Positions 1 through 8,809 are shown, counted from the first letter of the stretch. The stretch is DNA of 64,000 nucleotides from Thermoplasmata archaeon (GCA_034667725.1 JAXDQS010000002.1:1-64000), one strand, 5' to 3'. Notes: generated by a model from the letters alone, not told the origin. Made by a program: numbers and translations.

Positions 1-116
1 GCCTAGGGCAAGTTCTCCACGTGTTACTGAGCAGTCTGCCGAGGGCCGAACCCTCTCGACTCGCATGGCTTAAGCGAAACCCAATAGCGGTGGCCGCTGG
101 CAGGATCAACCAGAAT
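1..116 (-). rRNA. rrs: 16S rRNA, 5' end (runs off window edge)
   Basis: Reverse complement reads ATTCTGGTTGATCCTGCCAGCGGCCACCGCTATTGGG...TAAGCCATGCGAGTCG...GCTCAGTAACACGTGG, the canonical archaeal 16S 5' terminus. Confidence 0.97.
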
Positions 117-910
117 TGATCCTCCAATGACCTGATGGTCTCTAGAGGATGATACACACGTTGTGCACCATCCGTTCAGGAATCGGCGGACCGACCGGGG
201 TTCACTGAACCCGGATCGGCTCACCAATGGTCGCGTCTTGCATGAAGACGGACCTTGTGGTCTTGCTGTCTCGTGCATCAGGCGAGTGAGGTCACGTCAG
301 AGGTCGTGGCAGCCCGAGGCAGCACGACGTGTCGGGTTTCACCGCCATCATCGTATGTTGTGCCACGTCCTGGATGGGCGCACTCATGGTCGGCCGAGGC
401 CGTCTTGTGCGTCCAACGGGGACGTGGGGAATGTCCCGGACCAGGTGGCCCGGGGTGCGCAGGAACCGCTTGGTTCCCGTGCGTAGGCCGCGCCGAAGCA
501 CGGCCCCTATTTGAGCCCTTCCCTTGGGTCCGCGGAAGCGGACCTGGGCGGGCTGCGAAGCACCTGAGCGCCAAACCCCTTGCGGGGCGACTCGGTGCGC
601 ATCCAGGGCATATGGCCACTGGGCGCAAGGTCGCCGAGAAGCGACCCATATATGAGTGTTGCGCCGGGTCCGGCCGAAACCGGTCCTGAGCAACGCTCGA
701 AGGTGAAGTTCCGCGTCTGTGGCGGACGTTTCCCTTGCCCCTCGTTGGAGGGGGTCACCGGGTTTCCGGAGGCCTGGTGCGAGGCACCTGACCTGTCGGG
801 AGTTGCGGCCAAAGGGGACCCCTATTTGTAGGCTGCGGTCCCCCGGCCCCGCGAATCCGCGGAGCCCGGCACTTGCAACAGTAGGTTGGCCCGCCCCCTT
901 CTTAGAGCCT
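117..910 (-). promoter_or_regulatory. 16S rRNA 5' leader/ETS with tandem TATA-like promoter elements
   Basis: No credible CDS; minus-strand motifs CTCTAAGAA (899-907), CTACAAATA (823-831), CTCATATAT (648-656), CTCAAATA (508-515); many short hairpins. Confidence 0.6.
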
Positions 911-945
911 TCCGTGGGTTCTTCGGGCAAACCGCCTCTGGAGGC

Positions 946-1335
946 TCAGGAAGCCCGGCGCAGCGCCTCCAGCTCGGCGGGCACGTCCTCGAGGGCACGC
1001 GCCTGGCTCCAGGTGGCGATGCGCCGCCGGCAGCCGGTGTCCACCTGGACCCGCGCCCGCAACTGGTCCTCCAGGAGGCGCAGCAGCCGGCCGCCGGTGC
1101 GGTCCCAGTCCACCAGGAGGACCACGGGAGGCGGCATCCCCACCAGGTCCTCCACCAGCGCCGCCATCGGACGCCCCTGGTTCACGGCCACGTGCAGGCC
1201 GCCGATTCCCAGCCACTCCAAGGCGGCCAGGTCGCGCTGGCCCTCCACCACCACCGTGCCGGCCTCGGCCACCTCCCGCAGGCGGTCGATGGCGTCCTCG
1301 AGGCCGTCCAGGCGCTCCTGCAGGGTCTTGCGCAT
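946..1335 (-). CDS. Small Toprim-domain protein
   Basis: VVVEGQRD and LLVDWDRTGG Toprim motifs; ATG at 1335 overlaps the upstream stop. Confidence 0.85.
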   Translation of the reverse strand: MRKTLQERLDGLEDAIDRLREVAEAGTVVVEGQRDLAALEWLGIGGLHVAVNQGRPMAALVEDLVGMPPPVVLLVDWDRTGGRLLRLLEDQLRARVQVDTGCRRRIATWSQARALEDVPAELEALRRAS

Positions 1336-1661
1336 CAGGAGGGCTCCAGCAAAGGCGCCAGGCAGTCGAGGACGGCCTCGCGGGCGACGCCGCGCACCAG
1401 GAGGGCCTTCCTGGCGTCGGCGGCGCCGGCCTCCAGCTCGACGCGGCCCCCCGGGACGCCGAAGAACGCGGCCACGGTGGCGCACGCCTCGGCGTTGGCG
1501 CGACCCTCCTGGGCAGGGGCGCACACGCGAACCCCGATGCGGCCGTCGCGCCAAGGGTTGAAGTCGTCGGGGAACCGGCCCGCGCGGGCGTTGGCGGCCA
1601 CCTCCACCAGGAGCCGCACCCCGCCGGGGACCTCTTGCACGGCGTCCCTCCAGGAGGACAT
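1335..1661 (-). CDS. DUF167/YggU family protein
   Basis: RIGVRVCAPAQEGRANAEA...FFGVP...VELEAGAADARK pattern. Confidence 0.85.
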   Translation of the reverse strand: MSSWRDAVQEVPGGVRLLVEVAANARAGRFPDDFNPWRDGRIGVRVCAPAQEGRANAEACATVAAFFGVPGGRVELEAGAADARKALLVRGVAREAVLDCLAPLLEPS

Positions 1662-1930
1662 CAGCGCCACTCGAAAATCTCGGGGTGGGTGAACCAGAGG
1701 ACGGCGACCACGACGACGGCCACGACGGTGATGCAGAGGTCGAGGATGCCGAGGGCGCGGGCGGCGCGGGCGTCCCGAGGCTCCGGCTCCCCGTCCCGGG
1801 CAGCAAGGGCGCGGGCCTTCCTGGCGAACACCAGGGCCAACGTGCCGAGGACGGGCTGGGTCACGAAGATGCCCACGACGCCCAGGATGCGCGCCGTGCG
1901 GGCCTTGCGCTCGGCTTCCGTCTCCTGCAC
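1661..1930 (-). CDS. Small 2-TM membrane protein (DUF4190-like)
   Basis: Two hydrophobic segments; stop overlaps the DUF167 start; GTG start inferred. Confidence 0.65.
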   Translation of the reverse strand: MQETEAERKARTARILGVVGIFVTQPVLGTLALVFARKARALAARDGEPEPRDARAARALGILDLCITVVAVVVVAVLWFTHPEIFEWR

Positions 1931-1996
1931 GCCATGCCATCCGGCCGCGCCCCTTGAACATGCGCAAAAGGCATCTAGCAGGCCGGCGTAGGAGAA

Positions 1997-2348
1997 GCTG
2001 CCCGACCCGAAGGCCCCCCGAGACCGTGCTTGCACGGACTGTGAGAGGGGGCGCAATGGCCGGGCGACAGGGCCTCGTGCCCACCACCGGCAGCGATGCC
2101 GGGAACCTGGACCGATGCCCATCTTTTGGGCGGCCCTCTCCTGAGCGGCTGGCGCGTCGCCAGCGCCGTGATGGGGAGACAACCTCGGTGCGGACACGGC
2201 CGCGAACACGCTGTCGCCTCCCCGGCTGGGACACTGCTGACCGTCGCAAGACGGACCGTCCCTTCCGGTGGTTGCCAACGCGGGGTCAAGGTCCCGACTG
2301 GGCTGTCATCAGCCTTGGATGAAGGGACCTGTTACCGGGTTGGGCAGC
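1997..2348 (+). ncRNA. Candidate large structured non-coding RNA (unassigned family)
   Basis: 13-bp terminal helix 1997-2009/2336-2348 with a G-U pair on +; long helix 2058-2086/2187-2227; CUUG, GCGA and GCAA tetraloop hairpins; GA-rich internal loops; short pyrimidine run downstream. Confidence 0.7.
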
Positions 2349-2359
2349 GGCCACCCCTT

Positions 2360-2396
2360 TCGTCAGCGCTTCGCGCTTTCCTCGCAGATGCGCACG
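2360..2396. repeat. 37-bp direct repeat of the guaAA 3' end (other copy 3093-3129)
   Basis: tcgtcagcgcttcgcgctttcctcgcaRatgcgcacg, 36/37 identical, includes the stop codon. Confidence 0.85.
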
Positions 2397-2472
2397 CCCT
2401 TGCTCGGCTTCGCCATCACAAGGTCCGGCGTCGCCTCGCGTGCCCCGTGCGGATTTGCCGGAGGCCGGCTCG

Positions 2473-3054
2473 CTACCGCCTCGCCTGCTCTTCGCAAATC
2501 CGCACGAAGTTCCGGAACATCGTCACCCCGGCCTGGGTGTGCTCGACCTCCGGGTGGAACTGCATCCCGAACAGCGGCTTCGACGCGTGCCGCATCACTT
2601 GGACGGGGCACGCCTCCGACTTGGCCAGCACCCGGAACTCCTTGGGCACGATGGACACCTCGTCGTGGTGGCTGCCCCAGACGATGGTGCGGTGGGGCAC
2701 GTCGCGCAGGATGTCGCCCTCCTCGACCACGTCCATCTCGACCAGGCCGAACTCGGGGTTCTGGCCGGGGGCCGCCTCGCCGCCGAAGTGGCGCGCCATG
2801 AACTGGTGGCCGGCGCACACGCCCAGGATGGGGATGTCGAGGCGGTCCAGGTAGCTGCCGACCTCGCCGAGCTTGCCGTCCAGGCCGACGCGGGCGGCGC
2901 CGCCGGAGAGCAGCAGGCCGTCCAGCCCCGCCGCCTCCAGCTCCGCCACCGGGGTCGTGTTCTCGACGATTTGGGTGTCCTGCTTCAGGTAGCGCAGCAC
3001 CCGCCATTCGCGGTGCGTCCACTGGCTGCCGTTGTTGACGACCCAGATCTTCAC
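2473..3054 (-). CDS. guaAA: GMP synthase glutamine amidotransferase subunit A, copy 2
   Basis: KIWVVNNGSQWTHREWR, GVCAGHQ nucleophile, QFHPE; GTG start. Confidence 0.9.
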   Translation of the reverse strand: MKIWVVNNGSQWTHREWRVLRYLKQDTQIVENTTPVAELEAAGLDGLLLSGGAARVGLDGKLGEVGSYLDRLDIPILGVCAGHQFMARHFGGEAAPGQNPEFGLVEMDVVEEGDILRDVPHRTIVWGSHHDEVSIVPKEFRVLAKSEACPVQVMRHASKPLFGMQFHPEVEHTQAGVTMFRNFVRICEEQARR

Positions 3055-3095
3055 AGGCCGGCGACGCCAAGCCCCCACGAAAACCCGGCGGCTCG

Positions 3096-3677
3096 TCAGC
3101 GCTTCGCGCTTTCCTCGCAAATGCGCACGAAGTTCCTGAACATCCTCACTCCCGCCTCGGTGTGCTCGACCTCCGGGTGGAACTGCACCCCGAACAGCGG
3201 CTTCGACTGGTGCCGCATCGCCTGGACCTCGCAGCCCTCGCTGCGGGCCGTCACGCGGAAGCCAGGCGGCGGCGCCTCGACCTCGTCGTTGTGGTTGCCC
3301 CACACCACCGTCGGTGACGGGACGCCTTGGAACAGGTCGCCGTCGTCGAGCACCTCGATCTCGACGCGGCCGAACTCGGGGCTGGCGCCGGCCCGCACGC
3401 GGCCGCCGAAGTGCAGGCCCATGTATTGGTGGCCGGCGCACACGCCCAGGATCGGGACGTCCAGCCGGTCCAGGTAGTCCGCGATGGCGCCGAGGCGGCC
3501 GTCGACGGCAAGCTCGGCGGCGCCGCCGGACAGCACCAGGCCGTCGAGCCGGGCGTTGGCCAGCTCCTCGACCGGGGTGGCGTTGTCGATGATCTGGGTC
3601 TCCTGCTTGAGGTAGCGCAGCACCCGCCACTCGCGGTGCGTCCACTGGCTGCCGTTGTTGACGACCCAGATTCGCAT
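3096..3677 (-). CDS. guaAA: GMP synthase glutamine amidotransferase subunit A, copy 1
   Basis: Same class I GATase Cys-His-Glu motifs (GVCAGHQ, QFHPE). Confidence 0.9.
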   Translation of the reverse strand: MRIWVVNNGSQWTHREWRVLRYLKQETQIIDNATPVEELANARLDGLVLSGGAAELAVDGRLGAIADYLDRLDVPILGVCAGHQYMGLHFGGRVRAGASPEFGRVEIEVLDDGDLFQGVPSPTVVWGNHNDEVEAPPPGFRVTARSEGCEVQAMRHQSKPLFGVQFHPEVEHTEAGVRMFRNFVRICEESAKR

Positions 3678-3758
3678 GGCCCGGCGAGGCGGCGGCCGCT
3701 CATCATCCTGCGCATCGGCATGAACAAGGCTTCAAACCTGGACCCTCGTCCGCGCCTC

Positions 3759-4976
3759 GTGGCGGACGAGCAGAAGACTGCAGCCGTGGACAGGGCGTAC
3801 ACGGCGAAGCGCCACCGCCGGCCGCTGCCGAAGCAGAGCCAGACGTTCTTCTTCCTCGTCCTTGCCGTCCTGTTGTGGCTGACCTGGCTGATCTTCGAGG
3901 ACTTCGTCATCTACATCATCACGGGCGTGTTCGTGGCGGTGCTCGCGCTGCCGTTGGACAAGTTCTGGGAGCGCTTCTTCTCGAACCGGATGGCGGCGGG
4001 CGTCACGATGTTCAGCCTCGCGCTCATCATCGGCGTGCCCTTGCTGCTCATCGGGATGGCGATGGCCAACGACGTCCAGGAACTGGCCGGCGCCGTGCAG
4101 AACGGCGAGGTGGCGCAGTTCGTGGAGAACTCCGCGGACAAGCCGTGGGTGGACCGCCTGGTGCACTACGTCCAGCCGGGGCTTGCCAACGAGACCGACC
4201 GCCAGGCCTACCTTCATAGCCAGATTCAGGCAGGTCAAGACTACCTTACGGCAGAGCTGCAAGGCATCGGGTCCGACCTGATCGCGGCGCTGCCGGACTT
4301 CTTCGTCGGCATCTCGGTCGTGCTGTTCGTGGTGTACTACGTGCTCACCGACGGCGAGACCTTCGTCGCCTACCTCCGCCGCGCCGCGCCCATCCCCGGC
4401 CGCCAAGTGGACTTCCTGCTCCGGGAGGCCCGCGCCGGCCTGTCGGCGGTGTTCGTGGGCCAGATCCTGATTTGCGCCTTACAGGGCTTCTTCGGCGGCC
4501 TGGGCTTCTGGCTGGGCGGCGTGCTGTTCGAGGGCGGCGGCATCCCGAACCCCGTGCTGTGGGGCTTCATCATGGCCCTGTTCGCGCTGCTGCCGGTGGT
4601 AGGCACGTTCACGGTCTGGGTGCCGGCGGGCCTCTACCTGCTCTTGCAAGGGAGCGTCGCGGGCGGCGTGTTCCAGCTGGTCTGGGGCTTCCTCGTCGTG
4701 ATGGTGTTCATGGACAACGTCGTCAAGCCGAAGCTCATCGGCAAGCGCGCGGACATCCACCCCATGTTCGTGCTGGTGGGCGTGCTGGGCGGCGCCGTGG
4801 CCTTCGGGTTCATCGGCCTGTTCCTCGGCCCGCTCCTGGTCGGCGTGCTGATCGCCGTCCTCAAGGTGTACGAGGCGGACTACCTCGACCCCGAGATCAA
4901 CCTCGTCGACGAGTACGAGGGCGACCCTCTCCACGCCGAGGAGGAAGGCGAAGCGGCAGGGACGGGCGCGACGTGA
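3759..4976 (+). CDS. AI-2E (PerM/UPF0118) family transporter
   Basis: Multi-TM; DNVVKPKLIG...HP...GVLGG...FGFIGLFLGP signature; start 3720 or 3759. Confidence 0.9.
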   Translation: MADEQKTAAVDRAYTAKRHRRPLPKQSQTFFFLVLAVLLWLTWLIFEDFVIYIITGVFVAVLALPLDKFWERFFSNRMAAGVTMFSLALIIGVPLLLIGMAMANDVQELAGAVQNGEVAQFVENSADKPWVDRLVHYVQPGLANETDRQAYLHSQIQAGQDYLTAELQGIGSDLIAALPDFFVGISVVLFVVYYVLTDGETFVAYLRRAAPIPGRQVDFLLREARAGLSAVFVGQILICALQGFFGGLGFWLGGVLFEGGGIPNPVLWGFIMALFALLPVVGTFTVWVPAGLYLLLQGSVAGGVFQLVWGFLVVMVFMDNVVKPKLIGKRADIHPMFVLVGVLGGAVAFGFIGLFLGPLLVGVLIAVLKVYEADYLDPEINLVDEYEGDPLHAEEEGEAAGTGAT

Positions 4977-5710
4977 TGGAGGCCCCCAAACCCGGCTTCG
5001 GGCGCGCGTTCATGGCCCGCTGGCGGGGCACCGACGAGTGGAGCGTGTTCGTCGTCGGCTGGGTGCTGCTTGCGCTCCTGGTGGGCCAAGTGGTCGCCGT
5101 CTACCTCGTCGACCCCTTCGTCGGCCGGGCCCTGCTGCAAGGCATGGCGGTCGACATGTTCGCGGGCCGCGAGGGCGCCGCCGGGGTCGCGATCCACGGC
5201 CACGCGCCGCCGCTGCTGGTCGCCGAGACCAGCGCGCTGCAGCACCTCTCGACGGGCGCCATCATGTTCCCGCTGTTCCTGTCGATGCTGACGCACTACC
5301 ACGACCGCGACAACTTCTTCATGCGCCGCCTGCGCCGCCTCGAGGCCGCCGCCGGCCGCCACCAAGCCTTCGTCACCCGCTGGGGCCCGGTCGGCGTGTT
5401 CCTGTTCATGCTGGTGCCGTTCCTGGTCAACGGCCCCTTGGTGGGCGCCATCGTCGGGCGGCTGTGCGGCATCCGCACCCGGCTGCTGATCATGCCCGTC
5501 GTGCTGGCCACCGTGGCGTCGGCCCTCATCTGGACCTACGCCAACGAGCGCCTCCAGCACTACGCGGCCCGCCTCGGCGACGACTTCCCGCTCTACATGG
5601 TGGTCGCCGTCATCGCGCTGGCGCTGCTGATCGGCGTCATCGACGAGGTGCGGGAGCGCCGCGAGAAGCGGTCGCACGAGCCGCCGCAGCGGCCGCCGGG
5701 GCAGGGCTAG
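4976..5710 (+). CDS. Small multidrug-export-like membrane protein
   Basis: RWGPVGVFLFMLVPFLVNGPLVGAIVGRLCG motif; TGATG coupling to upstream gene. Confidence 0.7.
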   Translation: MEAPKPGFGRAFMARWRGTDEWSVFVVGWVLLALLVGQVVAVYLVDPFVGRALLQGMAVDMFAGREGAAGVAIHGHAPPLLVAETSALQHLSTGAIMFPLFLSMLTHYHDRDNFFMRRLRRLEAAAGRHQAFVTRWGPVGVFLFMLVPFLVNGPLVGAIVGRLCGIRTRLLIMPVVLATVASALIWTYANERLQHYAARLGDDFPLYMVVAVIALALLIGVIDEVRERREKRSHEPPQRPPGQG

Positions 5711-5716
5711 CCAAGC

Positions 5717-6178
5717 CTAGCGGCTGGACCTTAGGAACCACGCCATCTTCTCGTGGGCGGCCACCCGGCCGGTGAGGAAGTCCTGCGTGCCCGGGTCGTC
5801 GGCGACCTCCGGGATGCTCTCCCGAAGCCCCTGGATGACGGCCTCGTGGTCGGCCAGGAGGTCGGCCAGCATCCGGTCGGCGGACGGCGGCTTGCCGGCC
5901 TGGAACCGGATGGTCTTGGAGGCAAGGGCCTGGAAGTCGCCCGGCGCGTAGGCCCCGATGGCGCGCAGCCGCTCGGCGTAGGCGTCGAGGCTGTTCCACA
6001 TCTCGATGTAGTGCTCCTCGAACAGCTTGTGCAGCGTCATGAAGCCCGGGCCGGTGACGTTCCAGTGGTAGCCGTGGGTCTTGAGGTAGAGCGCGAAGGT
6101 GTCGGCCATGTGCGTCGTCAGGCTCCTGACCGAGGCGTTCTGGGGGCTCGCGACCGTCGAGGCGGTGGTGCGGGGCAT
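5717..6178 (-). CDS. dps: Dps DNA-protecting ferritin-like protein
   Basis: LKTHGYHWNVTGPGF, LHKLFEEHY, DAYAERLR, HEKMAWFL. Confidence 0.95.
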   Translation of the reverse strand: MPRTTASTVASPQNASVRSLTTHMADTFALYLKTHGYHWNVTGPGFMTLHKLFEEHYIEMWNSLDAYAERLRAIGAYAPGDFQALASKTIRFQAGKPPSADRMLADLLADHEAVIQGLRESIPEVADDPGTQDFLTGRVAAHEKMAWFLRSSR

Positions 6179-6262
6179 CGACGCCAAAGCCCGGTGAAGG
6201 GCCATAGGGCTTCGGGCGGCGGCAGGGGCGCGGTTTTGAGCAAGGACGGGCATCTGCGCCCC

Positions 6263-7111
6263 ATGGTCTCCCCAGCCCCCACCGCCCTCGTGACCGGCGG
6301 CACCTCCGGCATCGGCAAGGCGGTCGCCGCCGGCCTTGCGAACGAGGGCTACCACGTCGTCTTGCTGGTGCGCGACATGGGCCGCGGCCAAGCCGCCGTC
6401 TCCGACCTGCAGCGCGCGAACCCGAAGGCCCGGCTGGAGCTGCTGCCCGGCGACCTTTCCTCGCAGGAGTCGGTGCGCAAGGCCGCCAAGGCGTTCACCC
6501 GCGGCCATGACCGGCTCGACGCCCTCGTCCACTGCGCCGGCGTGTTCCTGCCCGACCGCAAGGTCACCGCCGACGGCGTCGAGGCGACCCTGGCCACCAA
6601 CTACCTCGGCCCCTTCCTGCTCACCAACCTGCTGCTGCCGACGCTGCGCAAGAGCGCGCCGGCCCGCGTCGTGTCGGTGGCGTCGCGCTACGGCGGCGCC
6701 AAGCTCGACTTCGAGGACCTCAACCTGGAGAAGCGCAAATACAGCTACCTCAAGGCCGTGCCCGCGAGCAAGCTGGCCCAGGTGCTGTTCACGCAGGAGC
6801 TGGCCGAACGCCTCGCCGGCACCGGCGTCACCGTCAACGCCGCGCACCCGGGCCTCGTCGGCCACACCCGCCTCCTGGAGCAGACGGGCGGCTTCTTCCG
6901 CTGGATGACCAACGCCATCGGCGGCACGCCGGCCCAAGGCGCCGACACGCCGCTCTGGCTGGCCACCGCGCCGGAGGCCGCCCACGAGACCGGCGGGCTG
7001 TGGGCCAAGCGCAAGCGCATGAAGACGCCCGGGCAGGGCTCGGACCCGGCGGCCCGGAAGCGGCTGTGGGACGAGTCGGAGAAGATGGTGGGGCTGGCCC
7101 CGAAGGCTTGA
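6263..7111 (+). CDS. SDR family oxidoreductase (retinol dehydrogenase-like)
   Basis: TGGTSGIG, TNYLGPFLLT, AAHPG; YxxxK Tyr position appears replaced (VPASK). Confidence 0.88.
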   Translation: MVSPAPTALVTGGTSGIGKAVAAGLANEGYHVVLLVRDMGRGQAAVSDLQRANPKARLELLPGDLSSQESVRKAAKAFTRGHDRLDALVHCAGVFLPDRKVTADGVEATLATNYLGPFLLTNLLLPTLRKSAPARVVSVASRYGGAKLDFEDLNLEKRKYSYLKAVPASKLAQVLFTQELAERLAGTGVTVNAAHPGLVGHTRLLEQTGGFFRWMTNAIGGTPAQGADTPLWLATAPEAAHETGGLWAKRKRMKTPGQGSDPAARKRLWDESEKMVGLAPKA

Positions 7112-7233
7112 TGTAGGCCCGGACCTGAGCCCGTCCTGACCTCCATCCCTGGCGCCCGCCCTCCCGAGGGCCGGACGCCTACCAAGGGACGCCAGCGCAC
7201 CCGCGCGGCGGATACGGGTCGGAGCAAACACCA

Positions 7234-7707
7234 ATGGCACAAACCATCGAGACCGTCGTCGACGGCGGCAAGGCGAACGCGGGCCCCCTCGGCCCTGTCC
7301 TGGGCCCCGCCGGCGTCAACATGGGCAAGGTCGTCGCGGAGATCAACCTCAAGACGAAGGACTACGCCGGGATGAAGGTCCCGGTCAAGATCGTCATCGA
7401 CGACAAGAAGAACTTCGTCGTCGAGGTCGGCACGCCCCCGGTCAGCCAGCTGGTGCTGTCGAAGGCGAAGATCGAGAAGGGCGCCGGCACGCCGAACAAG
7501 GCGACGGTCGGCAACCTGACGATCAAGCAGTGCATCGAGATCACCCGCATGAAGGGCGACACGATGCTCGGGGCCAACCTCAAGAAGCGCGTCAAGGAGG
7601 TCGTGGGCACCTGCGTCAGCATGGGTGTGACCATCGAGGGCCGCTCCGCCAAGGAGATGTCGAAGGCCATCGAAGCCGGCGAGTTCGACGGCCAGCTCAA
7701 GGAGTAG
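7234..7707 (+). CDS. rpl11: 50S ribosomal protein uL11 (archaeal type)
   Basis: GGKA...GP.LGP.G, GMKVPVKI, GTPP, KEVVGTCVSMGVTIEG. Confidence 0.95.
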   Translation: MAQTIETVVDGGKANAGPLGPVLGPAGVNMGKVVAEINLKTKDYAGMKVPVKIVIDDKKNFVVEVGTPPVSQLVLSKAKIEKGAGTPNKATVGNLTIKQCIEITRMKGDTMLGANLKKRVKEVVGTCVSMGVTIEGRSAKEMSKAIEAGEFDGQLKE

Positions 7708-7738
7708 GGCCCCCACGTCCGGCGTCGAGCCCGGCACC

Positions 7739-7972
7739 GTGCGCGCCGAGCGGGTCATCCTCTGGATGTTCGTGCTGCTGTCCATCGCGACGGCGGCGGC
7801 GCTGTGGTGGTTCATCCGGATTTCCGAGCAGCGGCTGAGTCCCGACGACTTCGCGCGCGTCCGGCCGCGGCTCTACAGCGCGCTCGCCGGCGACCTGGCG
7901 GCGCCCGTCGTGGCCTGGTTCGTGCTGCGGGCGATCGGGCGGCGGCGCGCGGCGCGCTCGCAAGGTCCATGA
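7739..7972 (+). CDS. Small 2-TM hypothetical protein
   Basis: Two hydrophobic segments, high-GC3 codon use. Confidence 0.55.
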   Translation: MRAERVILWMFVLLSIATAAALWWFIRISEQRLSPDDFARVRPRLYSALAGDLAAPVVAWFVLRAIGRRRAARSQGP

Positions 7973-7995
7973 AGCCGCCAGCGGCATCCCGGGCC

Positions 7996-8355
7996 ATGCG
8001 TGTCCCGTTCGCCCTTGGCGCCGTCGTCCTGCTGTTGGCCGGCTGCGCCAGCGGCCCCAACCTCGACCTGTCGGGCGCGAAGCCGCTGGCTGCGGGCGGC
8101 TTCCTGGAGCTCAACCTCCGCATGGAGGCGGGCGACCGCATCAGCTACGACTGGTCGAGCGACGCGCCGGTGGAGTTCAACATCCACACCCACGGCGCGG
8201 GCGGCGTGCAGGACTTTGTGCAGGAGCAGGCGACGGCAAAGAGCAACCACTTCGAGGCGCCCGCGGACGGCGTCTATTCCCTGATGTGGGAGAACAAGGC
8301 CACGCGCTCCGTGACGGTGAGCTACGCGGTCAGCGGCCAGGCGACGCAGGCGTAG
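7996..8355 (+). CDS. Lipoprotein with GOLD-like beta-sandwich
   Basis: LLLAGC lipobox; VEFNIHTH...DGVYSLMWEN. Confidence 0.75.
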   Translation: MRVPFALGAVVLLLAGCASGPNLDLSGAKPLAAGGFLELNLRMEAGDRISYDWSSDAPVEFNIHTHGAGGVQDFVQEQATAKSNHFEAPADGVYSLMWENKATRSVTVSYAVSGQATQA

Positions 8356-8809
8356 CGGGCACGGGCGCGGACGAGGTCTTGCGGATCCAGGCCACCGCGA
8401 CGGCCGGGGCCACGATGCACCACAGCAGGCCGACGATGCCGATCTCCAGCACCACGCGCAGGCTGTCGCGGGCGCCCCCCCGCATGTCGTTCGACAGCAG
8501 CAGGAAGCTCATCTCGTAGACCAGGAGGTGCAGCATGAAGCCCGCCAGGCCGATGCCGAACGCCGCGAACACCTGGTTCTGGCTGCGCTGCTGGCGGACG
8601 AACCAGAACGCGGCCAAAAACAGCAGGATGGAGCCGCCGGCGAACATCGCGTCGGCGGCCAAGGAGTCGCCCCACACCGCGCCGAAGAACCGGAAGGACT
8701 CCTCGGTCGGCAGGGCGCCGTTCAGGCGGCCAGTGAGCCCGAGCCAGCTCGACACGCCCATGCAGGCGACGGCCCCGACGAAGTCCAAGGGGTGCAGCGG
8801 CCTTGCCAT
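8330..8809 (-). CDS. Hypothetical 4-TM membrane protein
   Basis: Four hydrophobic stretches; directly follows the DHH gene. Confidence 0.65.
   Translation of the reverse strand: MARPLHPLDFVGAVACMGVSSWLGLTGRLNGALPTEESFRFFGAVWGDSLAADAMFAGGSILLFLAAFWFVRQQRSQNQVFAAFGIGLAGFMLHLLVYEMSFLLLSNDMRGGARDSLRVVLEIGIVGLLWCIVAPAVAVAWIRKTSSAPVPATPASPGR

Noticed and set aside
24-930. Several ORFs in the rRNA leader
   Set aside because: They overlap the 16S gene or leader, have no motifs and show atypical codon use
1997-2348. SRP RNA, RNase P RNA or group II intron identity for the structured RNA
   Set aside because: No CAGG-CC-GNRA-GG-AGCA helix 8 and no GAGGAAAGUCC or ACAGAA...GGCUUA motifs. A D5/D6-like look at 2020-2087 lacks a proper catalytic triad and D5 length and conflicts with the long helix
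7109-7140. Possible C/D box sRNA (TGATGT...CTGA...CTGA)
   Set aside because: Too short, no C' box; more likely the rpl11 promoter region
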